Assembly: GCA_964491475.1 (NCBI GenBank)
Contig: CAZBFO010000001.1
Span: forward strand, 327,538 to 391,537
Direction: 5' to 3'
DNA from: an uncultured Gammaproteobacteria bacterium
GTDB taxonomy: Bacteria > Patescibacteriota > Patescibacteriia > SG8-24
Length of the DNA stretch: 64,000 bases
In this document: positions 1-8,259 of the stretch, piece after piece
Layout of the letters: the number at the start of each line of letters is the position of its first letter
Numbering within the stretch: the first letter of the stretch is position 1
Notes under the pieces: model-generated
What the model saw: the letters and a program-made list of their open reading frames with translations, nothing else
Told to the model about the DNA's origin: nothing
Databases searched by the model: none
Translations under genes and position numbers: made by a program

Positions 1-263
1 CGCACCACCGGTTCGTCCTGCGACAGCGTCGCTGACGACCAGACCCGGTCGGTGTCGACCGTGTCGTTGGCTGCCGCTGGTTGCGGCAGGCAGGGCAGGT
101 TCCGCAGCAGCGCCTCGAGGATGCGATCCTTCCTGGCCCGATGGGCAATGGAGGTATCGGCGCTGGCGTAGGCGACGAGAGTGCGGAGAGCCGGATGAAA
201 GGCGACCATGCCCGCGATGAACAGCGCGGACGGCGAGATGAAAATGCGCGTGTCGTGGGGCAT
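1..263 (-). CDS. hypothetical protein, partial (runs off the window edge); N-terminus MPHDTRIFISPSALFIAGMVAFHPAL...
   Basis: ATG at 263 (minus) with AAAGGAGGGG Shine-Dalgarno 6 nt upstream and a TTGACA-17-TAGCTT promoter upstream. Reading frame stays open to position 1. Not in the ORF track because no stop lies inside the window. Confidence 0.45.
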   Translation of the reverse strand, partial: MPHDTRIFISPSALFIAGMVAFHPALRTLVAYASADTSIAHRARKDRILEALLRNLPCLPQPAAANDTVDTDRVWSSATLSQDEPVV

Positions 264-295
264 CACCCCTCCTTTTGTCCGGTGAGGGACCGATG

Positions 296-324
296 AAGCT
301 ACCACGAAAATCCGCTTTTGTCAA
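296..324 (-). promoter_or_regulatory. sigma70-like promoter TTGACAAAAGCGGATTTTCGTGGTAGCTT (member of the recurring TTGACAAA..TTTTnGTGGTAnnnT family)
   Basis: -35 TTGACA (revcomp of 319-324), 17-bp spacer, extended -10 TGgTAGCTT (revcomp of 296-301). Sits ~25 nt upstream of the ATG at 263. Confidence 0.5.
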
Positions 325-329
325 CGGTG

Positions 330-806
330 TCAGTCTCGCACCGGCTCGATTTCCGCCGCGCAGAAAGCGCAGCGCGTGGCGGCCTTCTTGATGACCGACA
401 GGCACTTTGGGCAATCGCGGGAATCCGCCGGCGGAGGAAGCGGCTTTTCCTTGAGACGGGCCATCACGCGGACCAGGATGAACACCACGAGGGCGGTCAG
501 GACGAAGTCCAAAACGATGCTCACGAACTGGCCGAAGTTCAGGGTGATGGCGCCGGCGGCCTTGGCGGCTTCGAGCGTGTCGAAACGCCCGCCGGAGAGG
601 GTCACGAAAAGGTTGGCGAAATTGACTTTGCCGAGCAGCAGCGAGATCGGCGGGGTGAGCAGATCGGTCACCAGAGAGGTGACCACGCGGCCGAAAGCGG
701 CACCGATGATGACGCCGACCGCCAAGTCGACGGCATTGCCCTTTACCGCGAAATTCTTGAAATCGTCGACGAATTTGGAGCCGGCCTTCAGGTCGATGGG
801 AGGCAT
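330..806 (-). CDS. mscL: large-conductance mechanosensitive channel MscL with a C-terminal Cys4 zinc-ribbon extension
   Basis: 158 aa. N-terminal MscL signature (KGNAVDLAVGVIIGAAFGRVVTSLVTDLLTPP), then TM2 and a cytoplasmic helix. Extra C-terminal CPKC...CAFC motif. Confidence 0.85.
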   Translation of the reverse strand: MPPIDLKAGSKFVDDFKNFAVKGNAVDLAVGVIIGAAFGRVVTSLVTDLLTPPISLLLGKVNFANLFVTLSGGRFDTLEAAKAAGAITLNFGQFVSIVLDFVLTALVVFILVRVMARLKEKPLPPPADSRDCPKCLSVIKKAATRCAFCAAEIEPVRD

Positions 807-871
807 AATCCGAGAGAGTGAGTGATGGCGAAATCCTAACGAAAACGGCCGTTTTTGTCACCCGGCCACCG

Positions 872-900
872 TTGACAAAAGGCCCTTTTTGTGCTATATT
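872..900 (+). promoter_or_regulatory. near-consensus sigma70 promoter TTGACA-17-TGcTATATT
   Basis: TTGACA 872-877, 17-bp spacer with TTTTTGTG, TATATT 895-900 with upstream TG. Lies 68 nt before the ATG at 968. Confidence 0.65.
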
Positions 901-967
901 TTACGGTCATTGGCTGCCACTTTTGCCCATGATAAATGACCGATAACGCTCATTGGGAGGTTCAAAA

Positions 968-1315
968 ATGAGAATGTTCATGCTGATAGGGGTCCGCGAT
1001 TCCTTTGATGACAAAGGCAAGGCCACGAAGGAAGCGCAGCACATCTGCTCTGTGTCAGGCAACAGCGTCGGCGACGCGGCCAGCAGGCTGCGCGGCGCGA
1101 GCTACTCCGGAGTGCTCCGGCACGTGTCCATCTCGAAAATCGTCGGCAGCTGCGCGTCCAACTACGCCATCTTCCGACCGGGGCGGGACACCAGCACCGT
1201 CGTCGAGGCGGCCATCGCCCGGCTCGACGGCAACGTCGAGCAGGGAATCGCCTTCGGCGACTACCTCAACCGTTACACCGACTGGGTGCTGGTCGAGGTG
1301 GCCTCGGTAACCTGA
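968..1315 (+). CDS. hypothetical protein (115 aa)
   Basis: ATG at 968 preceded by GGGAGG. Has its own promoter and a strong downstream terminator. No family recognised. Confidence 0.55.
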   Translation: MRMFMLIGVRDSFDDKGKATKEAQHICSVSGNSVGDAASRLRGASYSGVLRHVSISKIVGSCASNYAIFRPGRDTSTVVEAAIARLDGNVEQGIAFGDYLNRYTDWVLVEVASVT

Positions 1316-1334
1316 AACGTCATCGCTTCTTCTT

Positions 1335-1370
1335 GCGGCGCGCCCTTCCCTGGCGCGCCGCTTCTTTTTT
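1335..1370 (+). terminator. rho-independent terminator (10-bp GC stem GCGGCGCGCC/GGCGCGCCGC + T-tract)
   Basis: Perfect hairpin followed by TTCTTTTTT, immediately after the stop at 1315. Confidence 0.75.
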
Positions 1371-1395
1371 ACGTTTACGCCGAGACGACCGCATG

Positions 1396-1424
1396 AAAAA
1401 ACCGACCAGCCACAGGTCGGTTTT
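1396..1424. terminator. bidirectional terminator hairpin (AAAAA-ACCGACC-loop-GGTCGGT-TTTT)
   Basis: A-tract and T-tract flank a 7-bp stem. Ends the minus-strand transcript coming from the ligase/Nudix side. Confidence 0.6.
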
Positions 1425-1748
1425 GAGCGTCACCGCCTTTTGTTGGGAGGCTTGAGTCGGCGTTCCGGACAGCGCTGCGCGTAGCTTACCAAGTCCGACG
1501 CCTTCAGGGCCGCAAGCACTTCTTTGGCTTTGGCCGGTTCCGCATAAACCACGTACATGCGTTCCAGCTTCGGTTCTTCGTCGCCGGGAAACGTCTGGGC
1601 GTACTTCTGGACGCCAGGTATCGCCGTAACGAAATCCTAGAACGCTTTTTTGTCCGCATTCTTCCTTCTGCTGACCACTATCTGCGTCGCCATTGTCTCT
1701 TCTTTCCGTAGTGGGTTTTCGTCCTGACACTTCGTTCGCGCCGGCTTC

Positions 1749-2264
1749 TCATGAAAGCAGCCGCAACCGTCGCAGCAGCATCTCGCGCTTCGCCGCTCGC
1801 GTGGTCGAAAGCGCGGTCGCGCCGTCGCGCGGCTGCACCCAGCGCGCCGCGGCTAGCTCGACCGGGTCGAGGCGCAGCGCTTCCGGTTGCAAGCAAGTCA
1901 GCGCGAAGAAGAAGTAGCGCTTGCCGACCGAGAAGCCGCGCATATTGGCGCGGCCGGATTCGGCAGCGAGGTCTTCCTCGCCCAAGTAGGCGTCAATCGC
2001 GAACGACTGCGGTCCGAGCAGCAACTCCTCGTGCAGCTCGCGGGCCAGCGCCACGGTCACCGACTCCCCTCCCTCGATGCCGCCCTGCGGGCAGCCCCAG
2101 TCGTCGGGATCCTTGGCCGACTGCACCAGTAGCACGGCACCGTCCGCGTCGCGCAGCATCAATGCCGCGGCCACGGGACGATACTCCTTATACGCGTGGG
2201 CGTCGTGCACGCGCCGGTTGATCCGATCGATGACTTCCAGCGTCAGCTGTTCTCTTTGCGACAT
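1749..2264 (-). CDS. Nudix hydrolase
   Basis: Nudix box GGIEGGESVTVALARELHEELLL (Gx5Ex7REUxEE). ATG at 2264 with AAGGAG Shine-Dalgarno 7 nt upstream. Confidence 0.8.
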   Translation of the reverse strand: MSQREQLTLEVIDRINRRVHDAHAYKEYRPVAAALMLRDADGAVLLVQSAKDPDDWGCPQGGIEGGESVTVALARELHEELLLGPQSFAIDAYLGEEDLAAESGRANMRGFSVGKRYFFFALTCLQPEALRLDPVELAAARWVQPRDGATALSTTRAAKREMLLRRLRLLS

Positions 2265-2363
2265 CTCCAAGCTCCTTGGCAAAGGACGTCTGCAGCATAG
2301 AGGCGGCGGCAGTTTATCGCAAGCCCAAAAGAAAAACCCTCTCCGATCGGAGAGGGCACGCGG

Positions 2364-3533
2364 CTACGCCGCCCTTTGCGCCGTTTTTCGCCTGCGCGGC
2401 TTGGCGCTGTCTTCCACTTGCTGGATGAACTTCCGGCAGATGCTGCGGTAATGCTGCTTTTTCTGCCGCTCGGAATCGAGACGGTACAGGTACTCGCGCC
2501 GGGCCTTGAGGTCGCCCGGCACTTCGCGAACCACCGCTTGGATTTGCGCGATCATGTCGCGTGCCCTGCCGACGATCTCTTCGGGAAGGGTCCGGATCAT
2601 CTTCTCGGCGTTGTGGGCCATCAGGCGCTTCATCAGGTAGCCGTAGGTGAGCTTGGCGGCGACCATCAGCCCGATGTAGGTCTCGAACTTGTACTTCACG
2701 CGCACGCCGTTGGCGAAGCGCGCCACGAGGCCTTCGCGACCGCGAACGGTGGTATCGCGTACCAGCGCCTTGAGGTCGTCGAGCGACGTGCCTTCCCAGC
2801 GCTCGGCGACCGGCAAACTAAGAGCCGCACCGAGATCGAGCAGCTCCGGCCAAGTAAAATCCTTGTGCGTGCCGTTGCGGTACGCGCCGATCAGGGTGAA
2901 CCCTTCTCTGCCGCCGTAGTCGAGATGCACCCGCGTCCGCGGATGGATGATCTCGACGAGCATGGTCACGCCCTCGGGGAACCTGCCGAGCCAGGACTGC
3001 TTTTCGACGATCCGCTGAAGCATCTCGTTGCCGAGCATGGCCGAAGGGCCGTCGAAGGTGACGCGCGTGGCCAAGTGCAGCTCGCCGCGACAGGTGAAGA
3101 CGATTCCCAGATGGCCGTCGTGCTTTTCGGTGGCGACGAACGGTCCTGGCGGTGCCAGCGTCTCCGGATGTTCCCCGTGGTTGAAGAACTTGGGGAACGG
3201 GAAGGCCATCAGGTGGCCGCGGCGGTCGAAGATGATGCCGCGGCAATGCCGGATGGCCGGCGTCCAACCGTCGGGGAAGGCGTGGAGCGTATTATGCGCC
3301 ACGTTGGTGTAGTTGAGCCCGATAAGCGGCAGCTCCTTGTGGAAGTGCGGCTCGACCAACGCCGTCACCGCAGGCATCCCCTTCTTGCGGCGATACCCCA
3401 AGCACTTGGCCATGAACTTCTCGTTGGCCGGCTTCTTCTTCCAGTTGCGGAACTGCTTCTTGCTCTTGATGCGCGCCTTGACCAGCGCGCCGATGAAGGT
3501 ACGAAGGTTCTCTACGGCCTTTTTGGCATCCAA
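2364..3533 (-). CDS. ATP-dependent polynucleotide (RNA) ligase-family nucleotidyltransferase
   Basis: 389 aa. Covalent nucleotidyltransferase motifs: motif I ATEKHDGHLG (KxDG), motif IV EGLVAR, motif V RVKYKFE (K-x-K). Upstream PFPKFFNHGE element typical of RNA ligases. Strong AGGAGG Shine-Dalgarno. Confidence 0.65.
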   Translation of the reverse strand: MDAKKAVENLRTFIGALVKARIKSKKQFRNWKKKPANEKFMAKCLGYRRKKGMPAVTALVEPHFHKELPLIGLNYTNVAHNTLHAFPDGWTPAIRHCRGIIFDRRGHLMAFPFPKFFNHGEHPETLAPPGPFVATEKHDGHLGIVFTCRGELHLATRVTFDGPSAMLGNEMLQRIVEKQSWLGRFPEGVTMLVEIIHPRTRVHLDYGGREGFTLIGAYRNGTHKDFTWPELLDLGAALSLPVAERWEGTSLDDLKALVRDTTVRGREGLVARFANGVRVKYKFETYIGLMVAAKLTYGYLMKRLMAHNAEKMIRTLPEEIVGRARDMIAQIQAVVREVPGDLKARREYLYRLDSERQKKQHYRSICRKFIQQVEDSAKPRRRKTAQRAA

Positions 3534-3584
3534 TGTTTTCCTCCTCTGTTTTTAACGTGCTTCCGTCTCGCGACGGACCGGACA

Positions 3585-3613
3585 TCATGCCAGAACAACG
3601 GTCCGGCGTCAAT
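3585..3613 (-). promoter_or_regulatory. candidate promoter for the ligase gene (TTGACG-17-CATGAT, weak -10)
   Basis: Good -35 but poor -10. Positioned between the tRNA-Glu terminator and the ligase Shine-Dalgarno. Confidence 0.3.
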
Positions 3614-3623
3614 CCGCAGATGC

Positions 3624-3656
3624 AAAAACGGCTTCTCGTGATGAGAAGCCGTTTTT
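3624..3656 (-). terminator. terminator hairpin directly after tRNA-Glu (AAAAACG-GCTTCTC-loop-GAGAAGC-CGTTTTT)
   Basis: Symmetric hairpin with flanking A- and T-tracts, so bidirectional in form. Abuts the CCA end of the tRNA. Confidence 0.7.
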
Positions 3657-3733
3657 GGTAGTCCCAAGGGGATTCGAACCCCTGTTTTCTCCGTGAGAGG
3701 GAGACGTCCTGGACCGGGCTAGACGATGGGACC
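3656..3733 (-). tRNA. tRNA-Glu (anticodon CUC), CCA encoded
   Basis: 78-nt cloverleaf: acceptor GGTCCCA/TGGGACT (G1-U72 wobble), D-stem GTCT/GGAC, anticodon stem TCTCC/GGAGA with loop CTCTCAC, T-arm AGGGG-TTCGAAT-CCCCT. Close to the E. coli tRNA-Glu pattern. Confidence 0.85.
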
Positions 3734-3756
3734 GCGTGCGGTTTTTCGTGTTGGGG

Positions 3757-3785
3757 ACTGTAGCAAAACGGTTCCGATTTGTCGA
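3757..3785 (-). promoter_or_regulatory. promoter for tRNA-Glu: TCGACAAATCGGAACCGTTTTGCTACAGT
   Basis: -35 TCGACA, 17-bp spacer containing TTTTG, -10 TACAGT. About 17 nt upstream of the mature 5' end. Confidence 0.5.
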
Positions 3786-3850
3786 GAGCCTGGAGGCGGC
3801 GGACGTCGTCGCGGCGACGAAAAAGCGCCCGAATCGGACGCTATGGTCAG

Positions 3851-3876
3851 AAAAAGCCGCCCAGTTCGGGGCGGCT
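3851..3876 (-). terminator. rho-independent terminator after murF (GCCGCCC-loop-GGGCGGC + T-tract on minus strand)
   Basis: 7-bp GC stem with a TTTTT run, 6 nt after the murF stop. Confidence 0.65.
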
Positions 3877-3881
3877 GTCGA

Positions 3882-5171
3882 TTAGGCCTTGTCGAGCCAG
3901 TCCTTGTCCTGGCGCACCAGCAGCTTGGGCGCGTCCAGCGGCTCGGCCATGATTTCCTTGACGACGCGCTCCATGCGCATGCCCTGCGAGCCCTTTACCA
4001 GGATCAAGTCGCCCATCTTCATGCGCTCCTGCACGAAGCGGCCGGCTTCGTCGGTGTTGCTGAAGTGAAAGACGTGATCTTCGTTGGCACCGGCGGCCTT
4101 GGCGGCGACGTCGGCGTCATGCATGCGCTCCCCCACCAGCACGATGAGATCGGCGCACTCGGCGGCCTTTTTGCCGACGGCGGCGTGGCCCTCTTCAGTG
4201 GCGGCGCCGAGCTCGAGCATGTCGCCCATGATGGCGATGCGCTTGGCGTTCTCGGGCACGGGCATGTCACGCAGCACTTCGAGCGCTGCGAGCGCGCTCT
4301 TTGGCGCGGCGTTGTAGGTGTCGTCGATGATGACGGTGTGCTTGATGCCGGGAATGTAGCGAAGACGGCCTGCCGGAGCCTTGTACAGGCTGATGGCGTC
4401 GCCGATTTCCACAAGATGCATGCCTTTGGCGATGCCCACGGCGGCCGCTGCCAGGACGGCGTAGATGCCGTGCTTGCCGAGGACGTTGGGAACGAACACG
4501 GGGACGGTGGCGCCGGCGGCAGACATCTTGAAGCGCATGCCGCACTCGTTGTCGATCGAGCACAGGTAGGCCAGCGACTCGGGCAAAGCGCGCACGGTGG
4601 CTTCCTCGTGGAAACCGTAAGACATCACCGTTGCCTTGGTCTTGCCGCGCATGGCCCAGACGCGTTCGTCGTCGCGGTTCAGCACGGCGAACCCTTCCTT
4701 TGGCAGGCGCTCGACGAGCACCCGTTTTTCCTTGGCGATCTCGTCGATCGAGCCCATGAACTCCATGTGGCTCTCCCCCACGGCGGTCTCCACGCCGATG
4801 GTCGGCGCGGCGATGTCGCAGAGGTAGGCGATGTCGCCGGGATGGGTCAGGCCGTACTCCAGAACGAGCAATTTAGGAAACTCGCCGCCACCGAACATTT
4901 TCTGCATCCAGGCTTTGCACAAAATGCCCAGCCAGGCGAAGGCCGACTTGCCGCCCGTGGGAAGATCAAGCACCGACAACGGCAGGCCGATTTCGGTGTT
5001 GAAGTTCTTGGGGCTGCTGCGGACGCGAAAACGCTTGCCCAAGACGGCGCCGATGGCCTCTTTGGCCGAGCTTTTGCCGACCGAGCCGGTTATGCCGATG
5101 ATTTCCGGCTTTTCTCTTGCGATTACCGCCTTGGCGGCATTGGCGAGCGAGGATTCAACGAATTTGCGCAT
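3882..5171 (-). CDS. murF: UDP-N-acetylmuramoyl-tripeptide--D-alanyl-D-alanine ligase MurF
   Basis: Mur ligase P-loop IIGITGSVGKSS, NTEIGLP motif, and MurF-type C-terminus LILVKGSQGMRMERV. 429 aa from the ATG at 5171. Confidence 0.9.
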   Translation of the reverse strand: MRKFVESSLANAAKAVIAREKPEIIGITGSVGKSSAKEAIGAVLGKRFRVRSSPKNFNTEIGLPLSVLDLPTGGKSAFAWLGILCKAWMQKMFGGGEFPKLLVLEYGLTHPGDIAYLCDIAAPTIGVETAVGESHMEFMGSIDEIAKEKRVLVERLPKEGFAVLNRDDERVWAMRGKTKATVMSYGFHEEATVRALPESLAYLCSIDNECGMRFKMSAAGATVPVFVPNVLGKHGIYAVLAAAAVGIAKGMHLVEIGDAISLYKAPAGRLRYIPGIKHTVIIDDTYNAAPKSALAALEVLRDMPVPENAKRIAIMGDMLELGAATEEGHAAVGKKAAECADLIVLVGERMHDADVAAKAAGANEDHVFHFSNTDEAGRFVQERMKMGDLILVKGSQGMRMERVVKEIMAEPLDAPKLLVRQDKDWLDKA

Positions 5172-5194
5172 AATCTGTAGTCCTTGCGGGTCAA

Positions 5195-6973
5195 TTAGGT
5201 CCGCTCTGGGGGAATCTGGAGGTATTGTAACAGGTATTTTGCGATGTCTCCAAAGAGAGGTCCGGCCGAGGATTCGGCCCATTGGACGTCCTTGGGGTTG
5301 TCCAGCTCGACCACGATGACGAAGGCGGGGTTATCCACAGGGGCAAAGCCTGCAAAGGAGCCGATGTTTACGCCTTTGAGGTAGCCATGACCGTCAGGGC
5401 TGGGCACTTGAGCCGTGCCGGTCTTGCCGGCCACGAAGTAGCCGGGAACGGCGGCCTTCTTGCCGTGGCCCTTCTCGACCACGCTTACCAGCATGCCGCT
5501 GACCAGCGCCGCCGCGCGCTTGGTGATGACCTGGCGGATGACTTCGGGTTCGACCGTTTCGGCGGTGCCGTCGGCATGAGCGATGCTGCCGACGACGTAC
5601 GGCTTCATCAGCTTGCCGCCGTTGGCGATTGCCGAGTAGGCCGAAGCCATCTGCAGCGGCGTCACCGTGATGCCCTGCCCAAACGAAGCCGTGGCGCTCC
5701 AGATGTCTCCCTTCTTGCGCAGCGACTCGATGTTGCCGCTCGACTCGGTGTCCAGGTCGATGCCCAGCGGGCTGCCGAATCCGAATGCCTCGACGTACTT
5801 GAGGAACTGCTGCGAGCCGACCAGTCGTGAGGCGTAGATGGTGCCGGTGTTGAGTGACTCGTCGAGCACCTGGGTCATGGTCTGCAGGCCGTGGGCCTTG
5901 TGGTCGGAATTCTGGATGGTGAACGGACCGATCTTGACGCTGCCCTCGTCGACGTAGGTGGAGTTGGGCGTGACCTTGCCGGCGTCGATGGCTGCGGCCA
6001 TGGTGACGGCCTTGAAGATGGAGCCCGGTTCGTAGGCGGAAAAGACGGCCCGGTCGTTGAAGGCGCCCACGTCGGTGACGGCCGAGAGGTCGTTGGGGTC
6101 GAAGTCGGGCACGTTGCAGATGGCCATGACGGCGCCGGTGTTCGGGTTCATCACGATGGCCGAGCCGGTGTCTGCCTGATGCCTGATGACCGCCTCGCGC
6201 AGCTTGGTGCAGGTGACGTACTGGATGTTGCGGTCCAACGTCAGCGTCAGGTCGTCGCCGTCCTTGGCGGCGATGAAGCGGTTGGCGCCGCCGATGAGGT
6301 TACCGAGCGAATCGTCGGCGGCGACCGCGGCGGAAGTACCCGACAGCTCTGACTGCCAATGCCCTTCCACGCCGTACCGGCCGACGCGATTGCCGGCATC
6401 GTCGGAGCCGTAAAAGCCGACCGCCTGGGAGAACGATGACTTCTCCGGATAGTAGCGGTATTTGGAAGGGTCGAAGCCGATGCCGGCGAGGTTCAGCGCC
6501 TTCACTTCGGCCATCAGGTCGTCATCGGCCTTGGGTTTGAGCGGGACGTAAGGGGCGTCCTTGCGCGACAGCTTTTCGAGCAGCACCGGCATGTCCATTT
6601 CGAGCACCGGGGCCAAAGCGTTGGCGGCCTCTGCCGGATTCTTGATAGCCCTGGTGTTGGCGTAGACGGTGTAGAGCGTCTTGTTCACGGCCACCGGAAA
6701 CTTGCCGTCGGGCGACTTGGGGTCAAGCGCGTAAATCGTGCCGCGGTCCGGGACGAAGTTGGAGTAACGGTCCCGTTGGCTCTCCGCCAAATCGGCATAA
6801 AACTGGCGTTGCAGCACCTGCAGCACGAACAGCCGCCAGCCGATGGCGGTCATCGCCAACGCCATGAATCCCTTGAGCACCATGAACCGACGCTCTTCCG
6901 AGGAAAAGCGCGGTGACTGACGCGCATGCGCTTGGGAAGGGCGCGGGCGGATGTACGGGATGCGGGGACTCAT
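5195..6973 (-). CDS. ftsI: peptidoglycan D,D-transpeptidase FtsI / PBP2-class penicillin-binding protein
   Basis: N-terminal TM anchor plus dimerisation domain. Transpeptidase motifs S-x-x-K (SIFKAV), SxN region, and KTGTA. The ATG at 6973 overlaps the upstream TGA (ATGA). Confidence 0.9.
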   Translation of the reverse strand: MSPRIPYIRPRPSQAHARQSPRFSSEERRFMVLKGFMALAMTAIGWRLFVLQVLQRQFYADLAESQRDRYSNFVPDRGTIYALDPKSPDGKFPVAVNKTLYTVYANTRAIKNPAEAANALAPVLEMDMPVLLEKLSRKDAPYVPLKPKADDDLMAEVKALNLAGIGFDPSKYRYYPEKSSFSQAVGFYGSDDAGNRVGRYGVEGHWQSELSGTSAAVAADDSLGNLIGGANRFIAAKDGDDLTLTLDRNIQYVTCTKLREAVIRHQADTGSAIVMNPNTGAVMAICNVPDFDPNDLSAVTDVGAFNDRAVFSAYEPGSIFKAVTMAAAIDAGKVTPNSTYVDEGSVKIGPFTIQNSDHKAHGLQTMTQVLDESLNTGTIYASRLVGSQQFLKYVEAFGFGSPLGIDLDTESSGNIESLRKKGDIWSATASFGQGITVTPLQMASAYSAIANGGKLMKPYVVGSIAHADGTAETVEPEVIRQVITKRAAALVSGMLVSVVEKGHGKKAAVPGYFVAGKTGTAQVPSPDGHGYLKGVNIGSFAGFAPVDNPAFVIVVELDNPKDVQWAESSAGPLFGDIAKYLLQYLQIPPERT

Positions 6974-8256
6974 TTGCATGCCCCCTTCTCGTTGGTGATG
7001 CCGAAGTCGAACAGCTTGCCCGGACCGTTGGGATTGCAACCCACTTCGACTTCGTCGCCGTCAGAGACGCCGTCGCCGTCGGAATCCCGGTTGTTGGGAT
7101 CAGTCCCGTAGAAGGCCTCGAGCGAATCAGACAGGCCGTCATGGTCGGTGTCGGACTGGGTGAGGACGGCACCGCCTCCGGAACCGCCCAAGCCGTTGCC
7201 GCCGCCGGTCTCATCGGTACCGTGCTGCACTTCGCCGATCTTGGCCATCGGCAAATGCTGCTGCAAGCCCGAGAGCAGCGACAGCACGAAGGAGGTCACG
7301 TCGGTGAAGTCGCCGGGCGCGTCGGTGCTGCCGATGCGGTTGAAGTTGGAGAAGCGGATATCTGCCGTGAGGTCGCCGCGCCGCGTGCCGGTGTCGATGC
7401 GGACTGCGCACTTGGCGCGATACAGGTAGTAATCGCGGCTGCCGATCCAGAATTCGCATTCCTTGAACGTCAGGCCCGCAAAAAGCGTCTTGGCGGCGGT
7501 CCTTTCGGCGTCGGTGATCGGCCGCTTGAGACGCGCCGCCTCGACCTTCTCGTAAAAGTCCTCCATCAGGACGTTGCCCTCGTCGGTGCGCACCTTGTAG
7601 TGGAAATTCTTGACGCCATCGACGGTTTCGTCCTCAAGCCGCTCGGCGACCGTGAAGAACAGGGTCTTCTTGAACAGCTTGACCAGCGACTTGGCGTCGT
7701 CGTCTGACATGGGCGAAAAGCCCGTGCCGACCATGGGAACGGTCAGCATCTCGAGCATTTTCTGCCGCGCGAGCCGTAACCACTTTCCCTTGAATTTTCC
7801 GAATTGGAGCACGCCCACCTTTTCGGGAATCGCGGTCAGGCGCAGGTAATCGATATCGCCGTCGCGGACGTAATCGCCGGCGAAGTCGTACGGATGGGCG
7901 CTGCCGATCTTCATCTGGAACTGATGGCGCGCCTTGAGCGCTTCGGGATCGCTCATGTTGAACGTGCCTCCCGAATGCCAAGTCAGCGCCTCGGGAGACG
8001 ACTGGTAGGAGCCGTCGGCGCCCTTCTGCGCGGACGATCCGGAGTACGAGATGTCCGCAACCACGTCGACTGCCTTGAGCGAGACCATTTTTGCCTGCAT
8101 GAAACGCAGGATCTCGGATGAGTACGGAAGCGCGAAAAGCAGCAGCAACAGCGCCGCGGCAAAGCCGGCCGCGACGACGGATATGAAAACGGTCAGCAGG
8201 ACGTAAGGCTGCGCGTACCAGCGCGGACCGACATCTTGTCCTTCGAAAGGCTCCAT
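6970..8256 (-). CDS. membrane-anchored hypothetical protein with C-terminal thrombospondin-type-3-like Ca-binding Asp-rich repeats
   Basis: 428 aa. N-terminal TM (LLTVFISVVAAGFAAALLLLLFAL). C-terminal DTDHDGLSDSLEAFYGTDPNNRDSDGDGVSDGDE. Shares a Y-x-R-L-[ST]-x-[IL]-P...GKW segment with the upstream gene. Translationally coupled to ftsI. Confidence 0.6.
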   Translation of the reverse strand: MEPFEGQDVGPRWYAQPYVLLTVFISVVAAGFAAALLLLLFALPYSSEILRFMQAKMVSLKAVDVVADISYSGSSAQKGADGSYQSSPEALTWHSGGTFNMSDPEALKARHQFQMKIGSAHPYDFAGDYVRDGDIDYLRLTAIPEKVGVLQFGKFKGKWLRLARQKMLEMLTVPMVGTGFSPMSDDDAKSLVKLFKKTLFFTVAERLEDETVDGVKNFHYKVRTDEGNVLMEDFYEKVEAARLKRPITDAERTAAKTLFAGLTFKECEFWIGSRDYYLYRAKCAVRIDTGTRRGDLTADIRFSNFNRIGSTDAPGDFTDVTSFVLSLLSGLQQHLPMAKIGEVQHGTDETGGGNGLGGSGGGAVLTQSDTDHDGLSDSLEAFYGTDPNNRDSDGDGVSDGDEVEVGCNPNGPGKLFDFGITNEKGACK

Positions 8257-8259
8257 AGG

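Noticed and set aside
1320-1730. 136-aa minus-strand ORF (MSGRKPTTERRDNGDADSGQQ...RRKKKR).
   Set aside because: Arg/Gly-rich, ends in a poly-basic run, and spans two terminator hairpins. A different frame in the same region gives protein-like sequence (see the in-frame TAG finding).
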